Below are positions 28,101 through 38,836 of a stretch of 64,000 bases of DNA, piece by piece. How positions within the stretch are numbered: position 1 is the stretch's first letter; the number at the start of each line of letters is the position of its first letter. The DNA comes from an uncultured Actinomyces sp. (lineage in GTDB: Bacteria > Actinomycetota > Actinomycetes > S36-B12). Below the pieces are notes generated by a model. It had not been told where the DNA came from. It worked only from the letters and a program-made list of their open reading frames with translations, and ran no database searches. The translations under genes and the position numbers were made by a program. Location: assembly GCA_964537955.1 (NCBI GenBank), contig CAZICY010000001.1, positions 54,023 through 118,022 on the forward strand, in the 5' to 3' direction.

Positions 28101-29243
28101 GTGACGCCCGTGCGCATCATCCTCCTCGGAGCCACCGGCTACACCGGTCGCCTCACCGCCGAGGCCATGGTGCGCGCGGGCCTGGCACCGGTCCTGGCCG
28201 GGAGGCGTCACGACGCCGTCGCGCGCCTCGCCGACCGCCTCGCGCCGCTGGCCCCCCGGCCGTCCTGCGAGCCGGGCATCGCCGTCGCGGACGCGGGGGA
28301 TCCGGCCTCCGTGCGGCGGCTGATCGAGTCGGCCGACGACGTCCTGGTCTCGACGGTGGGCCCCTTCGTCGAGTGGGGCGACGCGGCGGTCGATGCCGCG
28401 GTCGACGCGGGCGCGGCGTACCTCGACTCGACCGGGGAACCTCCGTTCATCCGGCGCGTCTTCGAGCACTTCGGCCCCCGCGCGGCCGCCAGCGGTGCGC
28501 GCCTGATCACCGCATTCGGCTACGACTACGTCCCCGGCAACCTCGCGGGCGCCTTGGCACTGCGGCGCTGCCGGCGGGCGGGCAGGCCCGCGACGCGACT
28601 CGACATCGGCTACTTCATCGAAGGAACCTTCGGGATCAGCTCAGGCACGCGCGCCAGTGCCGCCGGCGTGCTGCTCGCGCCGAGCTACGCACGCCGCGGG
28701 GGCGCACTGGTCGAGCGCCGATCCTCGGGCGGTCGCACGCGCGCCTTCGATCTCGGCAGGGGGCGGACGTGGAAGGGACTGCCCGTCGCCGGGTCCGAGC
28801 ACCTCGCGCTCCCCCTCACCGATCCCGACGTGGCGGACATCGAGGTCTGGCTCGGCTGGGCAGGCAAGTGGACTCCCGCGGCCGCGTACGCCGGCACGGC
28901 ACTCGGAGCGGTCGCCGCGGTGCCCGGCGCAGGTGATCGCGCGATGCGGGCCCTGCGCCAGCGCCTCGGTCGCACGACCGGCGAGGGCCCGGACGCGGCG
29001 AGCCGGGCGGCAGCGCGCACGGTGGTGCAGGCCGAGGCCTTCGACGCGGTCGGCCGGGCACTGGCCACCGTGCGACTCGAGGGACCCTCGCCCTACGACC
29101 TCACCGCGGAGCTGCTGGCCTGGGGAGCGGCCATGGCCGCGACGCGCACGGTGTCCCCGGGAGCCCACGGGCCCGTGGACGCCTTCGGGCTGGAGGCGCT
29201 CGAACGCGGATGCGCCGACATGGGACTCCTCGCGGTCGCGTAG
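28101..29243 (+). CDS. saccharopine dehydrogenase-like NAD(P)-binding oxidoreductase
   Basis: Rossmann N-terminus RIILLGATGYTGRL. GTG 28110 is a possible alternative start. Confidence 0.75.
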   Translation: MTPVRIILLGATGYTGRLTAEAMVRAGLAPVLAGRRHDAVARLADRLAPLAPRPSCEPGIAVADAGDPASVRRLIESADDVLVSTVGPFVEWGDAAVDAAVDAGAAYLDSTGEPPFIRRVFEHFGPRAAASGARLITAFGYDYVPGNLAGALALRRCRRAGRPATRLDIGYFIEGTFGISSGTRASAAGVLLAPSYARRGGALVERRSSGGRTRAFDLGRGRTWKGLPVAGSEHLALPLTDPDVADIEVWLGWAGKWTPAAAYAGTALGAVAAVPGAGDRAMRALRQRLGRTTGEGPDAASRAAARTVVQAEAFDAVGRALATVRLEGPSPYDLTAELLAWGAAMAATRTVSPGAHGPVDAFGLEALERGCADMGLLAVA

Positions 29244-29253
29244 GAGGGGCACG

Positions 29254-30135
29254 ATGGCACGCGAGGGGCTCACGCAGCTCACCGAGCGCGAGTGGCGCGA
29301 GCGCGCCGCCGCGCACGCCGCACGCGTCGCGCCGTGGATCGAGCCCCGGCTCGAGCGCCGCAGGATCGGGCGGAGCCATCCGGTCGACGACTTCCTCTTC
29401 GACTACTACTCCTGGCGACCGGCCCAGCTCGCACGCTGGCACCCCGGGGCCACGATCATGCTCACCGGCGATGTCCGGGAGTTTCAGGCCGTGCGCGGCT
29501 ACGTCGCCGACGCCGAGGGCGCCCGGGTGGATTCCCACGCGCTGCCCGCTGAGGTCATTCGCGCCTCGCTCCGCCTGCTCGAAGCGACGGCCTCGCGGCC
29601 TGCCTCGCTCGGATGCTTCGGCCGGCACGAGTGGGCGATGGTCTACCGGCAGTCGCCCGACGAGATCCGCCACTCGTCGTGGCCGTTGCGTCTGACCCCG
29701 CAGCAGATCGCGGACGTCGTGGAGGCGACGCCGCTGCGCTGCACCCATATCGACGCCTTCCGGTTCTACTCCGCGCAGGCACGACCGCTCAACATCGTCC
29801 AGCCCACCCGAGAGACGCAGGCCGACCTCGAGCAGCCCGGGTGCCTTCACGCCACGATGGATCTCTACAAGTGGTGCTTTCGCTCCTATCCGGCGATCGG
29901 TGCCGATCTGACGGCGGACTGCTTCGCGCTCGCACGCGAGGTGCGAGCCGTGGACATGCGCGCCTCCCCCTATGACTTCACCGAGCTCGGCTACGCGCCG
30001 ATCGCGATCGAGAGACCGGAGGGGCGCGCTGAATACGTCGAGCACCAGCGCTCCTTCGCGGAGAGCGGCGCGCGGCTGCGCGATCGCGTCATCGAGGGCC
30101 TGCGCTCCGCGCTCGGCGCCGAGGTGCTCGCGTGA
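29254..30135 (+). CDS. conserved hypothetical protein (family I have seen annotated as 3-methyladenine DNA glycosylase; function unverified)
   Basis: Internal ATG 29254 within track ORF 28657..30135, preceded by AGGAGGGG. HPVDDFLFDYYSWRPAQL motif. Confidence 0.6.
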   Translation: MAREGLTQLTEREWRERAAAHAARVAPWIEPRLERRRIGRSHPVDDFLFDYYSWRPAQLARWHPGATIMLTGDVREFQAVRGYVADAEGARVDSHALPAEVIRASLRLLEATASRPASLGCFGRHEWAMVYRQSPDEIRHSSWPLRLTPQQIADVVEATPLRCTHIDAFRFYSAQARPLNIVQPTRETQADLEQPGCLHATMDLYKWCFRSYPAIGADLTADCFALAREVRAVDMRASPYDFTELGYAPIAIERPEGRAEYVEHQRSFAESGARLRDRVIEGLRSALGAEVLA

Positions 30136-30533
30136 GCTCCCAGGCGGGAGCCGCGCTGCTGCGGCTGGCTGCCTTCGGCGTCGCCGCCGTCCTGGTCGGC
30201 GTGGTGCTCGCCGTGTTCGCGACCGGGGCGTCCACTCCCGACGAGACCGCCGGGATCGCGACACTGCAGACCGCCGTCTTCTTCTTCGGCCCGATCGCCG
30301 CGATCGCGACCCTGGCCTTCATCGTCGTGCTTGCGCTCACGCGCCCGGCCTCGCTCGCCGTGCGGCGCCGGGCGGCGCGTGCGGTGGCCGTCGCCTACGC
30401 CCTCGTCGCAGCGGGGCTGGCCGTCCTCCTGGCCGGCACGTGGTGGGGACTGCTCGGCGGCGTCGCGTCGGCGCTCGCCGCGGCGCTGGCCTGGTGGCTG
30501 CTCGGCCGGCCGGATTCCGCGGCCGCTCTCTAG
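30132..30533 (+). CDS. hypothetical four-TM membrane protein
   Basis: GTG 30132 overlaps the upstream TGA as GTGA. Four hydrophobic segments. Confidence 0.6.
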   Translation: MSSQAGAALLRLAAFGVAAVLVGVVLAVFATGASTPDETAGIATLQTAVFFFGPIAAIATLAFIVVLALTRPASLAVRRRAARAVAVAYALVAAGLAVLLAGTWWGLLGGVASALAAALAWWLLGRPDSAAAL

Positions 30534-31420
30534 GAGGAGTGCGGGTAGGGCACTCCCGCGGCGTCGAACTCGGCGAGGATCTCGGCGTAGCGCGCATCGA
30601 TGCGCGCCGCGGTGGCGTCGTCGTAGTCTCGGCGCCACCGGCCGATGTGCGCCTGCTGGGCCAGGACATTCGCGTCGAACCACTGGGTGAGGCGACGGTC
30701 AGGGCCCACGCCGATGCCCTCGAGCAGCGAGGAGAGCGTGGCATCGCGGTCGGTGACCGTGAGCTCATGCAGGTCGACGCGCAGGAACCGACCAGGCGGG
30801 CACGCCTGCTCGGCGCGATGGGCCTCAAGCATCCTCTCGCCCCAGGCATCTAGCGCGACAAAGACGTCGCGAGGCCCGAAGGGCTTGGAGACGAAGGAGG
30901 CAGCGACGTCGCGACCGTCGCGCATCATGTGGACGACAACTCCGTCGGGAAAGAGAGCAAGGACGCGATCAGCCGCCCGCGCATTCGCCGGGGTGGTGTC
31001 GACCCATCGCGGCTTGTCACTCGCCTGACCCCGGGCACCCGACTCTGGTCCTGCCGAAACGATCGTCTCGGCGAAAAGCCTCGACGCGGCATACGGGTCC
31101 TCTGCAAACCCAGCGACGTAGTCGTCGCACGCTCGGCGCATATGCTCCTCGTCCAGCCGGCGGAAAAGCCCTGACCGCGCACCCGATGGCTTGATGCGGA
31201 CGTACCAGTGCTCCCAGAGAGTCTCGACGACCTGCTCCGGAGACACGAGGCCGGCGTAGGCATCAGCGACACCTCCACGCGAAGCGATGAAGCGCAGCTC
31301 GCGGGGGTTGGTCGCCCTGAGGTCGCGATGATGGCCGAGGAGCCGACCGGCGACCGTCGTGCCACTGCGCCCCGTCCCTCCGACGAAGACGGGCCTGTCC
31401 GGAGCGCGCCACTCGGTCAT
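30530..31420 (-). CDS. sulfotransferase family protein
   Basis: Track ORF 30530..31486. ATG 31420. The PAPS 5'-phosphosulfate-binding loop reads GGTGRSGTT. Confidence 0.75.
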   Translation of the reverse strand: MTEWRAPDRPVFVGGTGRSGTTVAGRLLGHHRDLRATNPRELRFIASRGGVADAYAGLVSPEQVVETLWEHWYVRIKPSGARSGLFRRLDEEHMRRACDDYVAGFAEDPYAASRLFAETIVSAGPESGARGQASDKPRWVDTTPANARAADRVLALFPDGVVVHMMRDGRDVAASFVSKPFGPRDVFVALDAWGERMLEAHRAEQACPPGRFLRVDLHELTVTDRDATLSSLLEGIGVGPDRRLTQWFDANVLAQQAHIGRWRRDYDDATAARIDARYAEILAEFDAAGVPYPHSS

Positions 31421-31430
31421 GGGCGGCCTC

Positions 31431-34232
31431 TCACTTGCGCTTGCGCTTGGCCCGCTCCGCGCGGCGGCGCTCGGCCCGGCTCGCATTGGGATCGACCTCG
31501 ATCTCCTCGCCGTCGGCCTGCAGAGTCTCGTGCGTGACCCCGCCGTCCGCGGAAGGAGCGGAGTATTCGAGCAGCTGCGGGCGCGAGGGACCCAGTCCCT
31601 TGGCCGTGATCTCCGGGGCAGCGGCCTTGGCGGCCTTCGCGGAGGTCACGGCGGCGGCGATCGCCTGGACCGCAGCCGATGCCGGAGCCTCCGTCACCGC
31701 GGCGGCTGCCTGCTCGGCCTCCTCGCTCACGGCTGGTGGTGCCTGCACCTCGACGTGGAAGAGGTAGCCGACCGTCTCCTCCTTGATGGCGTCCATCATT
31801 GCCGTGAAGAGCTCGTATCCCTCGCGCTGGTACTCGATGAGGGGATCGCGCTGAGCCATCGCGCGCAGGCCGATCCCGTCGCGCAGGTAGTCCATCTCGT
31901 AGAGGTGCTCGCGCCACTTGCGGTCGAGCACGGAGAGGATGACGCGTCGCTCCAGCTCGCGCATCACCTCCTCGCCGAGCTCGGACTCGCGCAGGTCGTA
32001 GGCCAGGTGGATGTCGTTGGTGAGTTCCTCGGTGAGGAACTCCGCGGACAGCCCTGCGCGACCGGAGCCGGACTGCTCCTCGAGCTCGGCCACGGTGATG
32101 CCCACGGGATAGAGCTGCTTGAGCGCGGTCCACAGCTGATCGAGGTCCCAGTCCTCGGGGTAGCCCTCGGCCGTGGCGGAGGTGACGTAGCCCGCGACCA
32201 CCTCGTCGAGGAAGGTGCGCACCTGCTCGTGGATGTCGGCGCCCTCGAGGACCTGCTTGCGCTCGTCATAGATCACCAGGCGCTGCCGGTTGAGGACGTC
32301 GTCGTACTTCAGGACGTCCTTGCGGATCTCGAAGTTCTGCGACTCCACGGACGTCTGGGCGGAGCGGATGGCATTGGTCACCATCTTGGCCTCGATGGGG
32401 ACGTCGTCCGGGACGTTGAACCTGCGCAGGAAGGCGTCGACCATCTCGGCCTTGAACAGGCGCATGAGGTCGTCCTCGAGCGACAGGTAGAAGCGCGTCT
32501 CGCCCGGATCGCCCTGGCGGCCGGACCGGCCGCGGAGCTGGTTGTCGATGCGGCGCGACTCATGGCGCTCCGTGCCGAGGACGTAGAGGCCGCCGAGGGC
32601 GATGACCTCCTCGTGCTCGGCTGCCACGGACTCCTGAGCGGCGGCCAGCGCCTCCGGCCACGCGGCCTCGTAGGCCTGCGGGTCCTCCACCGGGTCGAGC
32701 CCGCGGCGCTCGAGCTCCTGGGCGGCCCGGAACTCCGGATTGCCGCCGAGCATGATGTCGGTCCCGCGCCCGGCCATGTTGGTGGCGACCGTCACCGAGC
32801 CCTTGCGGCCCGCCTCGGCGATGATCGACGCCTCCCGCTCGTGGTTCTTGGCGTTGAGGACCTCGTGTCGCACGCCGCGCTTCTTGAGCTCCTGGGAGAT
32901 GAGCTCGGACTTCTCGACGCTGGTCGTGCCGATGAGGACGGGCTGCCCCGCCTGGTGCCGTTCCTCGATGTCGTCGATGACGGCGGCGTACTTGGCGTCC
33001 TCCGTGCGATAGACCAGGTCGGGCTCGTCCAGCCTGACCATGGGCCGGTTGGTGGGGATCGGCACCACGCCGAGCTTGTAGATCTGATGGAACTCGTTGG
33101 CCTCCGTCATGGCCGTTCCGGTCATCCCGGAGAGCTTGTCGTAGAGCCGGAAGTAGTTCTGGAGCGTGATCGTGGCGAGGGTCTGGTTCTCGGCCTTGAT
33201 CTCCACGCCCTCCTTCGCCTCGATCGCCTGGTGCAGGCCCTCGTTGTAGCGGCGCCCCTTGAGCAGGCGACCGGTGTGCTCGTCGACGATGAGGATCTCC
33301 CCGTCGAGGATGACGTAGTCGCGATCGCGCTTGAAGAGCTCCTTGGCCCGGACGGCGTTGTTGAGGAAGCCGACGAGCGGCGTGTTGACGGTGTCGTAGA
33401 GGTTCTCGATCCCGAGTTGGTCCTCGACCTTGTCGATCGCCGCCTCGAGCACGCCGATCGTCTTCTTCTTCTCGTCGACCTCGTAGTCCTCGTCGCGGTT
33501 GAGGAGGCGGGCGATCCGGGCGAACTCGGCGTACCACTTCGTGGGCTGGTCGGCGGGCCCGCTGATGATGAGGGGCGTGCGCGCCTCGTCGACGAGGATC
33601 GAGTCGACCTCGTCGACGACGGCGAAGTTGTGTCCACGCTGGACCATCTCCGACGTAGACCACGCCATGTTGTCGCGGAGGTAGTCGAATCCGAACTCGT
33701 TGTTGGTGCCATAGGTGATGTCCGCGGCGTAGGCCTCGCGCCGCTCCGCCGGTGTCATGTGGGCGAGGATGACCCCGATCTTGAGCCCGAGGAACCGATG
33801 GATGCGGCCCATCCACTCCGAGTCGCGCTCGGCGAGGTAGTCGTTGACCGTGACGACGTGGACGCCCTTGCCCGAGAGGGCGTTGAGATAGGAGGGCAGG
33901 GTGGCGACGAGGGTCTTGCCCTCGCCGGTGCGCATCTCGGCGATGTTGCCGAGGTGGAGCGCGCCGCCGCCCATGAGCTGGACGTCGTAGTGGCGCTGAC
34001 CGAGCGTGCGCCGGGAGGCCTCGCGGACGGTCGCGAAGGCCTCCGGCAGGAGGTCGTCGAGGCTCTCGCCGTTGTCCAGGCGGGTGCGGTACTCGTTGGT
34101 GAGCCCCCGGAGCTCCTCGTCGGTCATGGCCACGAAGTCGTCCTCGATGGCGTTGACCTGACGGGCGATGCTCTCAAGGGTGCGCAGGGTCTTGCCCTCA
34201 CCCGCGCGGAGGATCTTGTCCAGGATGCCCAC
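31431..34232 (-). CDS. secA: preprotein translocase ATPase SecA
   Basis: 933 aa. [28 protein letters not shown] and [10 protein letters not shown] motifs with a basic C-terminal tail. Confidence 0.95.
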   Translation of the reverse strand: MGILDKILRAGEGKTLRTLESIARQVNAIEDDFVAMTDEELRGLTNEYRTRLDNGESLDDLLPEAFATVREASRRTLGQRHYDVQLMGGGALHLGNIAEMRTGEGKTLVATLPSYLNALSGKGVHVVTVNDYLAERDSEWMGRIHRFLGLKIGVILAHMTPAERREAYAADITYGTNNEFGFDYLRDNMAWSTSEMVQRGHNFAVVDEVDSILVDEARTPLIISGPADQPTKWYAEFARIARLLNRDEDYEVDEKKKTIGVLEAAIDKVEDQLGIENLYDTVNTPLVGFLNNAVRAKELFKRDRDYVILDGEILIVDEHTGRLLKGRRYNEGLHQAIEAKEGVEIKAENQTLATITLQNYFRLYDKLSGMTGTAMTEANEFHQIYKLGVVPIPTNRPMVRLDEPDLVYRTEDAKYAAVIDDIEERHQAGQPVLIGTTSVEKSELISQELKKRGVRHEVLNAKNHEREASIIAEAGRKGSVTVATNMAGRGTDIMLGGNPEFRAAQELERRGLDPVEDPQAYEAAWPEALAAAQESVAAEHEEVIALGGLYVLGTERHESRRIDNQLRGRSGRQGDPGETRFYLSLEDDLMRLFKAEMVDAFLRRFNVPDDVPIEAKMVTNAIRSAQTSVESQNFEIRKDVLKYDDVLNRQRLVIYDERKQVLEGADIHEQVRTFLDEVVAGYVTSATAEGYPEDWDLDQLWTALKQLYPVGITVAELEEQSGSGRAGLSAEFLTEELTNDIHLAYDLRESELGEEVMRELERRVILSVLDRKWREHLYEMDYLRDGIGLRAMAQRDPLIEYQREGYELFTAMMDAIKEETVGYLFHVEVQAPPAVSEEAEQAAAAVTEAPASAAVQAIAAAVTSAKAAKAAAPEITAKGLGPSRPQLLEYSAPSADGGVTHETLQADGEEIEVDPNASRAERRRAERAKRKRK

Positions 34233-34260
34233 TGGATCATCCTAGACAGGGGCGATCCGG

Positions 34261-34884
34261 CTAGCCCGGGGCGGCAGGCGAGGGGCTCCCCGCGGGCGAG
34301 CGATCCCCGTCGATGCGCACGAGCCCCCATCGCGCCGCGCGCACCACCGCCTCCGTGCGCGAGCGCACCTGCAGCTTCTCGTAGAGGCGCCGGACATGGT
34401 TCTTGACGGTGTTGTCGCTGATGACCAGCGCCTCGGCGATCTCGTGATTGGTGCTGCCGGCGCACAGCAGCGCGAGCACCTGGGACTCGCGGCGCGTGAG
34501 CGCCGGCGGACGACCCCCCGCCCCGTCAGGGCGCACGCCGGCGTTGACGACCGTGCGGCCCTCGGCCACGGCGCGCGCCGCCTGCACGAGCGCTGCCTCG
34601 TCCACGTCACGATCGACGGCGCCGCGCGCGCCCGCGGACACCAGCGTCGCCAGCAGGTCGGGCGTGGCGGCGCCCACGATGAGCAGCAGCGGAGTGCCCG
34701 CGTGCGCGTCGCGCATGAGCGCGATGTCCTCGGCGGTGGTGGATGCGGGGATCTCCCAGACCACCACGCTCGCTCCCGTGCTGGACGCGTCGTCCGGGAT
34801 GGCCCAACCGGCATCGACGAGGACGGCCTGGATACCGCGCCGCATGACGGGGGTGGCGACGACGATCGCGGACGGCGACGTCAT
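34261..34884 (-). CDS. LuxR-family regulator with degenerate (pseudo-)receiver domain
   Basis: Internal ATG 34884 within track ORF 34261..35868. The C-terminal HTH reads [36 protein letters not shown]. The N-terminal REC-like fold lacks the acidic pocket. Confidence 0.8.
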   Translation of the reverse strand: MTSPSAIVVATPVMRRGIQAVLVDAGWAIPDDASSTGASVVVWEIPASTTAEDIALMRDAHAGTPLLLIVGAATPDLLATLVSAGARGAVDRDVDEAALVQAARAVAEGRTVVNAGVRPDGAGGRPPALTRRESQVLALLCAGSTNHEIAEALVISDNTVKNHVRRLYEKLQVRSRTEAVVRAARWGLVRIDGDRSPAGSPSPAAPG

Positions 34885-34945
34885 CCGGGGACCAGGCACG
34901 AGCCCAGTCTCCTGGACCTGCTCCCCAACCTGCCTCCGGACCCGA

Positions 34946-35707
34946 CTAGTGACCGGCCCGCGATGTCGCGGCGATCGCGGCGGCGGCGACGTGGCACGCC
35001 CCCGCAGCCCGCAGCGCCCGCGCGGCCTCGGCGATGGTGGCACCCGTCGTGACGATGTCGTCGACCACGACGACCGGGCCCGCCGGCAGGCCCGTGCCCG
35101 CCAGGGCTCCGGTGAGGTTGACCCGGCGCTCCGCGGCGGACAGGCCCGCCTGGTCGCGCGGCTGCCGCACGTGGCGCAGGCAGTGCACGACGCGTATGCG
35201 CGGAGCGGTGATCGGCATCCCCTCGACCGCACAGCGCACGACGCGCGCCCACGCATCCTCTCCGCGTCTTCGCAGCGCAGCAGCGGACGCGGGCACGGGC
35301 ACGACGGTGATGGGCGCAGCAGCGTCGCAGCAACCCGCCAGCGCTGAGGCCGACGCCGCGAGCGCCGCGGCGAGCGCCGGCGCAAGACGCGCGGCCATGT
35401 CGCGGCGGCCGTCTTCCTTCCACGCGGTGAGTGCACGTCGCGCGGTGCCGGAGTAGTCCGAGACCACGTGAGTGGGCACCCAGTGCGTGGGCGCGGGGGT
35501 CGGGCGGTGTCGCCGCGGAGCGCCGAGCAACCCGGCCTCGCAGTCAGGACACAGCACCCACCCGGGGCATCCGCAGCCCGCGCACGCAGCCGGCGCACCC
35601 AGGCCCACGACGTCTTCGAGGGCGCTCGCGATGCGCCGGATGGCCCCGGCGCTTCCGAGGGCGGCCGACGTCCAGGATGCGACTCCTGGGTCACGTGGGG
35701 CAGGCAT
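34946..35707 (-). CDS. ComF-family phosphoribosyltransferase-domain protein
   Basis: Track ORF 34946..35794. Zinc-finger-like [15 protein letters not shown] and PRTase motif [16 protein letters not shown] 35707 is the likely start. Confidence 0.8.
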   Translation of the reverse strand: MPAPRDPGVASWTSAALGSAGAIRRIASALEDVVGLGAPAACAGCGCPGWVLCPDCEAGLLGAPRRHRPTPAPTHWVPTHVVSDYSGTARRALTAWKEDGRRDMAARLAPALAAALAASASALAGCCDAAAPITVVPVPASAAALRRRGEDAWARVVRCAVEGMPITAPRIRVVHCLRHVRQPRDQAGLSAAERRVNLTGALAGTGLPAGPVVVVDDIVTTGATIAEAARALRAAGACHVAAAAIAATSRAGH

Positions 35708-35888
35708 GCTCCAGTGACGCCCTCCCCCGCACCTCGAGGAAGCTGTCCGCGTGGTTGGTGGACAGGTGGCGGCAGCCGCGCCTGTGCGCACCATGCCGTT
35801 ATGGCGGTAGGCTGTGTCTCACGCCCGCCGGACCATCGAAGCCTCGTGCCGTCCGCCGGCCACTCCACTCTCCACGAGGTGCACCTCC

Positions 35889-37337
<1,449 letters not shown>

Positions 37338-37362
37338 GCACCTTCGCCACACAACTGACGAA

Positions 37363-37409
37363 GCATGCGCAGGGCCGGATGATGTCGATGTCTCCGGCCC
37401 TGCGCATGC
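37363..37409 (+). terminator. perfect 17-bp stem / 13-nt loop hairpin after ahcY (no U-tract)
   Basis: GCATGCGCAGGGCCGGA (37363-37379) pairs perfectly with TCCGGCCCTGCGCATGC (37393-37409). It begins 26 nt after the ahcY TAG. Confidence 0.5.
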
Positions 37410-38146
37410 GCGCGCCCGCCGACTACCCCGGGTGTCCCATCACGGTCGACATCGCCCTGGCCGAGGGCCGCACCCTGCGGGCCCCCAAGTGGGGGATCCC
37501 TGACGCGATCATCCCGCTCCTCGGCTTCGTCCTCATCTCCGTGGCGGTGGTCGTCGGCGGCCAATTCCTCGGCTTGCCCCTCACCTGGCTGCTCCTCCTC
37601 GGCATCACCCTGCCCTGGATCGCCCTCGCGGGCTGGCCCCTGCTCACCACGTCCTTCCAGGGCAATGGGCCGCGGATCGACCTGGGCCTGCGTCTCACCT
37701 GGAGCGACCTCGGCTGGGGGGTGATCGGCGGGGTCGCCGCACTCGTGGCCGGAGGCACGGTTGCCGTCCTCATCCAGGCCGTCTTCGGCGAGTTCACCTC
37801 GGCCGCGGGCGAGGTGGGCCAGCAACTGCGCGATGAGGGTCCGCTTCTCGCCGTGGTCGTGTTTGCCCTGTGCGTGGCCATCGGCGCTCCGATCGCCGAG
37901 GAGATCGCCTTCCGCGGCATGGCGTACAACGCCCTGGCCAAGCGGGGCCTGAGCACCGCCTGGGTCATCGCCATCACGACCCTGGCCTTCAGCCTGTTCC
38001 ACCTCGAGCCGATGCGCGCGCCCATCCTCCTCGCCAGCGGCCTCGTGCTCGGGGTCCTGCGATGGCGGACCCGCAGTCTCGGGGCCCCCATCGTGGCCCA
38101 CGCCGTCAACAACCTGCCAGGAGCAGCATTCCTGCTCGTGGGATGA
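37379..38146 (+). CDS. CPBP family intramembrane glutamic endopeptidase (CAAX protease-like)
   Basis: EEIAFRG, FSLFHL and HAVNNL motifs. The start is uncertain because ATG 37379 and ATG 37406 both lie inside the hairpin. Confidence 0.8.
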   Translation: MMSMSPALRMRAPADYPGCPITVDIALAEGRTLRAPKWGIPDAIIPLLGFVLISVAVVVGGQFLGLPLTWLLLLGITLPWIALAGWPLLTTSFQGNGPRIDLGLRLTWSDLGWGVIGGVAALVAGGTVAVLIQAVFGEFTSAAGEVGQQLRDEGPLLAVVVFALCVAIGAPIAEEIAFRGMAYNALAKRGLSTAWVIAITTLAFSLFHLEPMRAPILLASGLVLGVLRWRTRSLGAPIVAHAVNNLPGAAFLLVG

Positions 38147-38158
38147 CACCATGATCCC

Positions 38159-38836
38159 GTGAGAGGACGAGTCCTGGTCGTCGACGACGACGTGGCCCTG
38201 GCCGAGATGCTCGGCATCGTCCTGCGGGGCGAGGGCTTCGACCCGGTGTTCTGCTCGGACGGCGGCGACGCACTGCAGGCGTTCCGCGACTCCCGTCCCG
38301 ACATCATCCTGCTCGACCTCATGCTCCCCGGGATGGACGGCATCGACGTGTGCCGCGCGATCCGTCAGGAGTCAGGCGTGCCCATCGTCATGCTCACGGC
38401 CAAGAACGACACGGTCGACGTGGTGCTCGGGCTCGAGTCCGGCGCAGACGACTACGTCGTCAAGCCCTTCAAGCCCAAGGAGCTCGTTGCACGCCTGCGT
38501 GCGCGCGTACGTCGCAGTGACGAGCCTGCGGTGGGGACCCTGGAGATCGGCGATGTCACCATCGACGTGGCCGGCCATGTCGTGCGCCGTGGTGACAGGA
38601 TCATCCCGCTGACTCCGCTGGAGTTCGACCTGCTCGTGTGCCTCGCGCGCAAGCCGTGGCAGGTGTTCACGCGCGAGGTGCTGCTGCAGGAGGTCTGGGG
38701 CTACCGCCACGCGGCCGACACCCGTCTCGTCAACGTCCATGTGCAGCGACTGCGCGCCAAGATCGAGCACGATCCGGAGCACCCCGAGATCGTCCTCACG
38801 GTGCGCGGCGTGGGATACAAGGCCGGCCCGCCATGA
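38159..38836 (+). CDS. mtrA: OmpR-family response regulator MtrA
   Basis: VLVVDDD, ILLDLMLPGMDG and TAKNDTVDVVLGLESGADDYVVKPF motifs plus a winged-helix C-terminus. Followed by mtrB-lpqB. Confidence 0.93.
   Translation: MRGRVLVVDDDVALAEMLGIVLRGEGFDPVFCSDGGDALQAFRDSRPDIILLDLMLPGMDGIDVCRAIRQESGVPIVMLTAKNDTVDVVLGLESGADDYVVKPFKPKELVARLRARVRRSDEPAVGTLEIGDVTIDVAGHVVRRGDRIIPLTPLEFDLLVCLARKPWQVFTREVLLQEVWGYRHAADTRLVNVHVQRLRAKIEHDPEHPEIVLTVRGVGYKAGPP

Noticed and set aside
31359-34406. A 1015-aa ORF on the plus strand, antisense to secA
   Set aside because: This is a typical high-GC shadow ORF. Its composition is Arg/Gly/Leu/Val/Asp-rich low complexity with no recognisable motif. The opposite strand encodes an unmistakable full-length SecA.
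35708-35888. Possible SAH riboswitch upstream of ahcY
   Set aside because: I could not find the conserved SAH-element core or its pseudoknot arrangement by eye. Only a simple SD-pairing hairpin is present. A covariance-model scan is needed to be certain.
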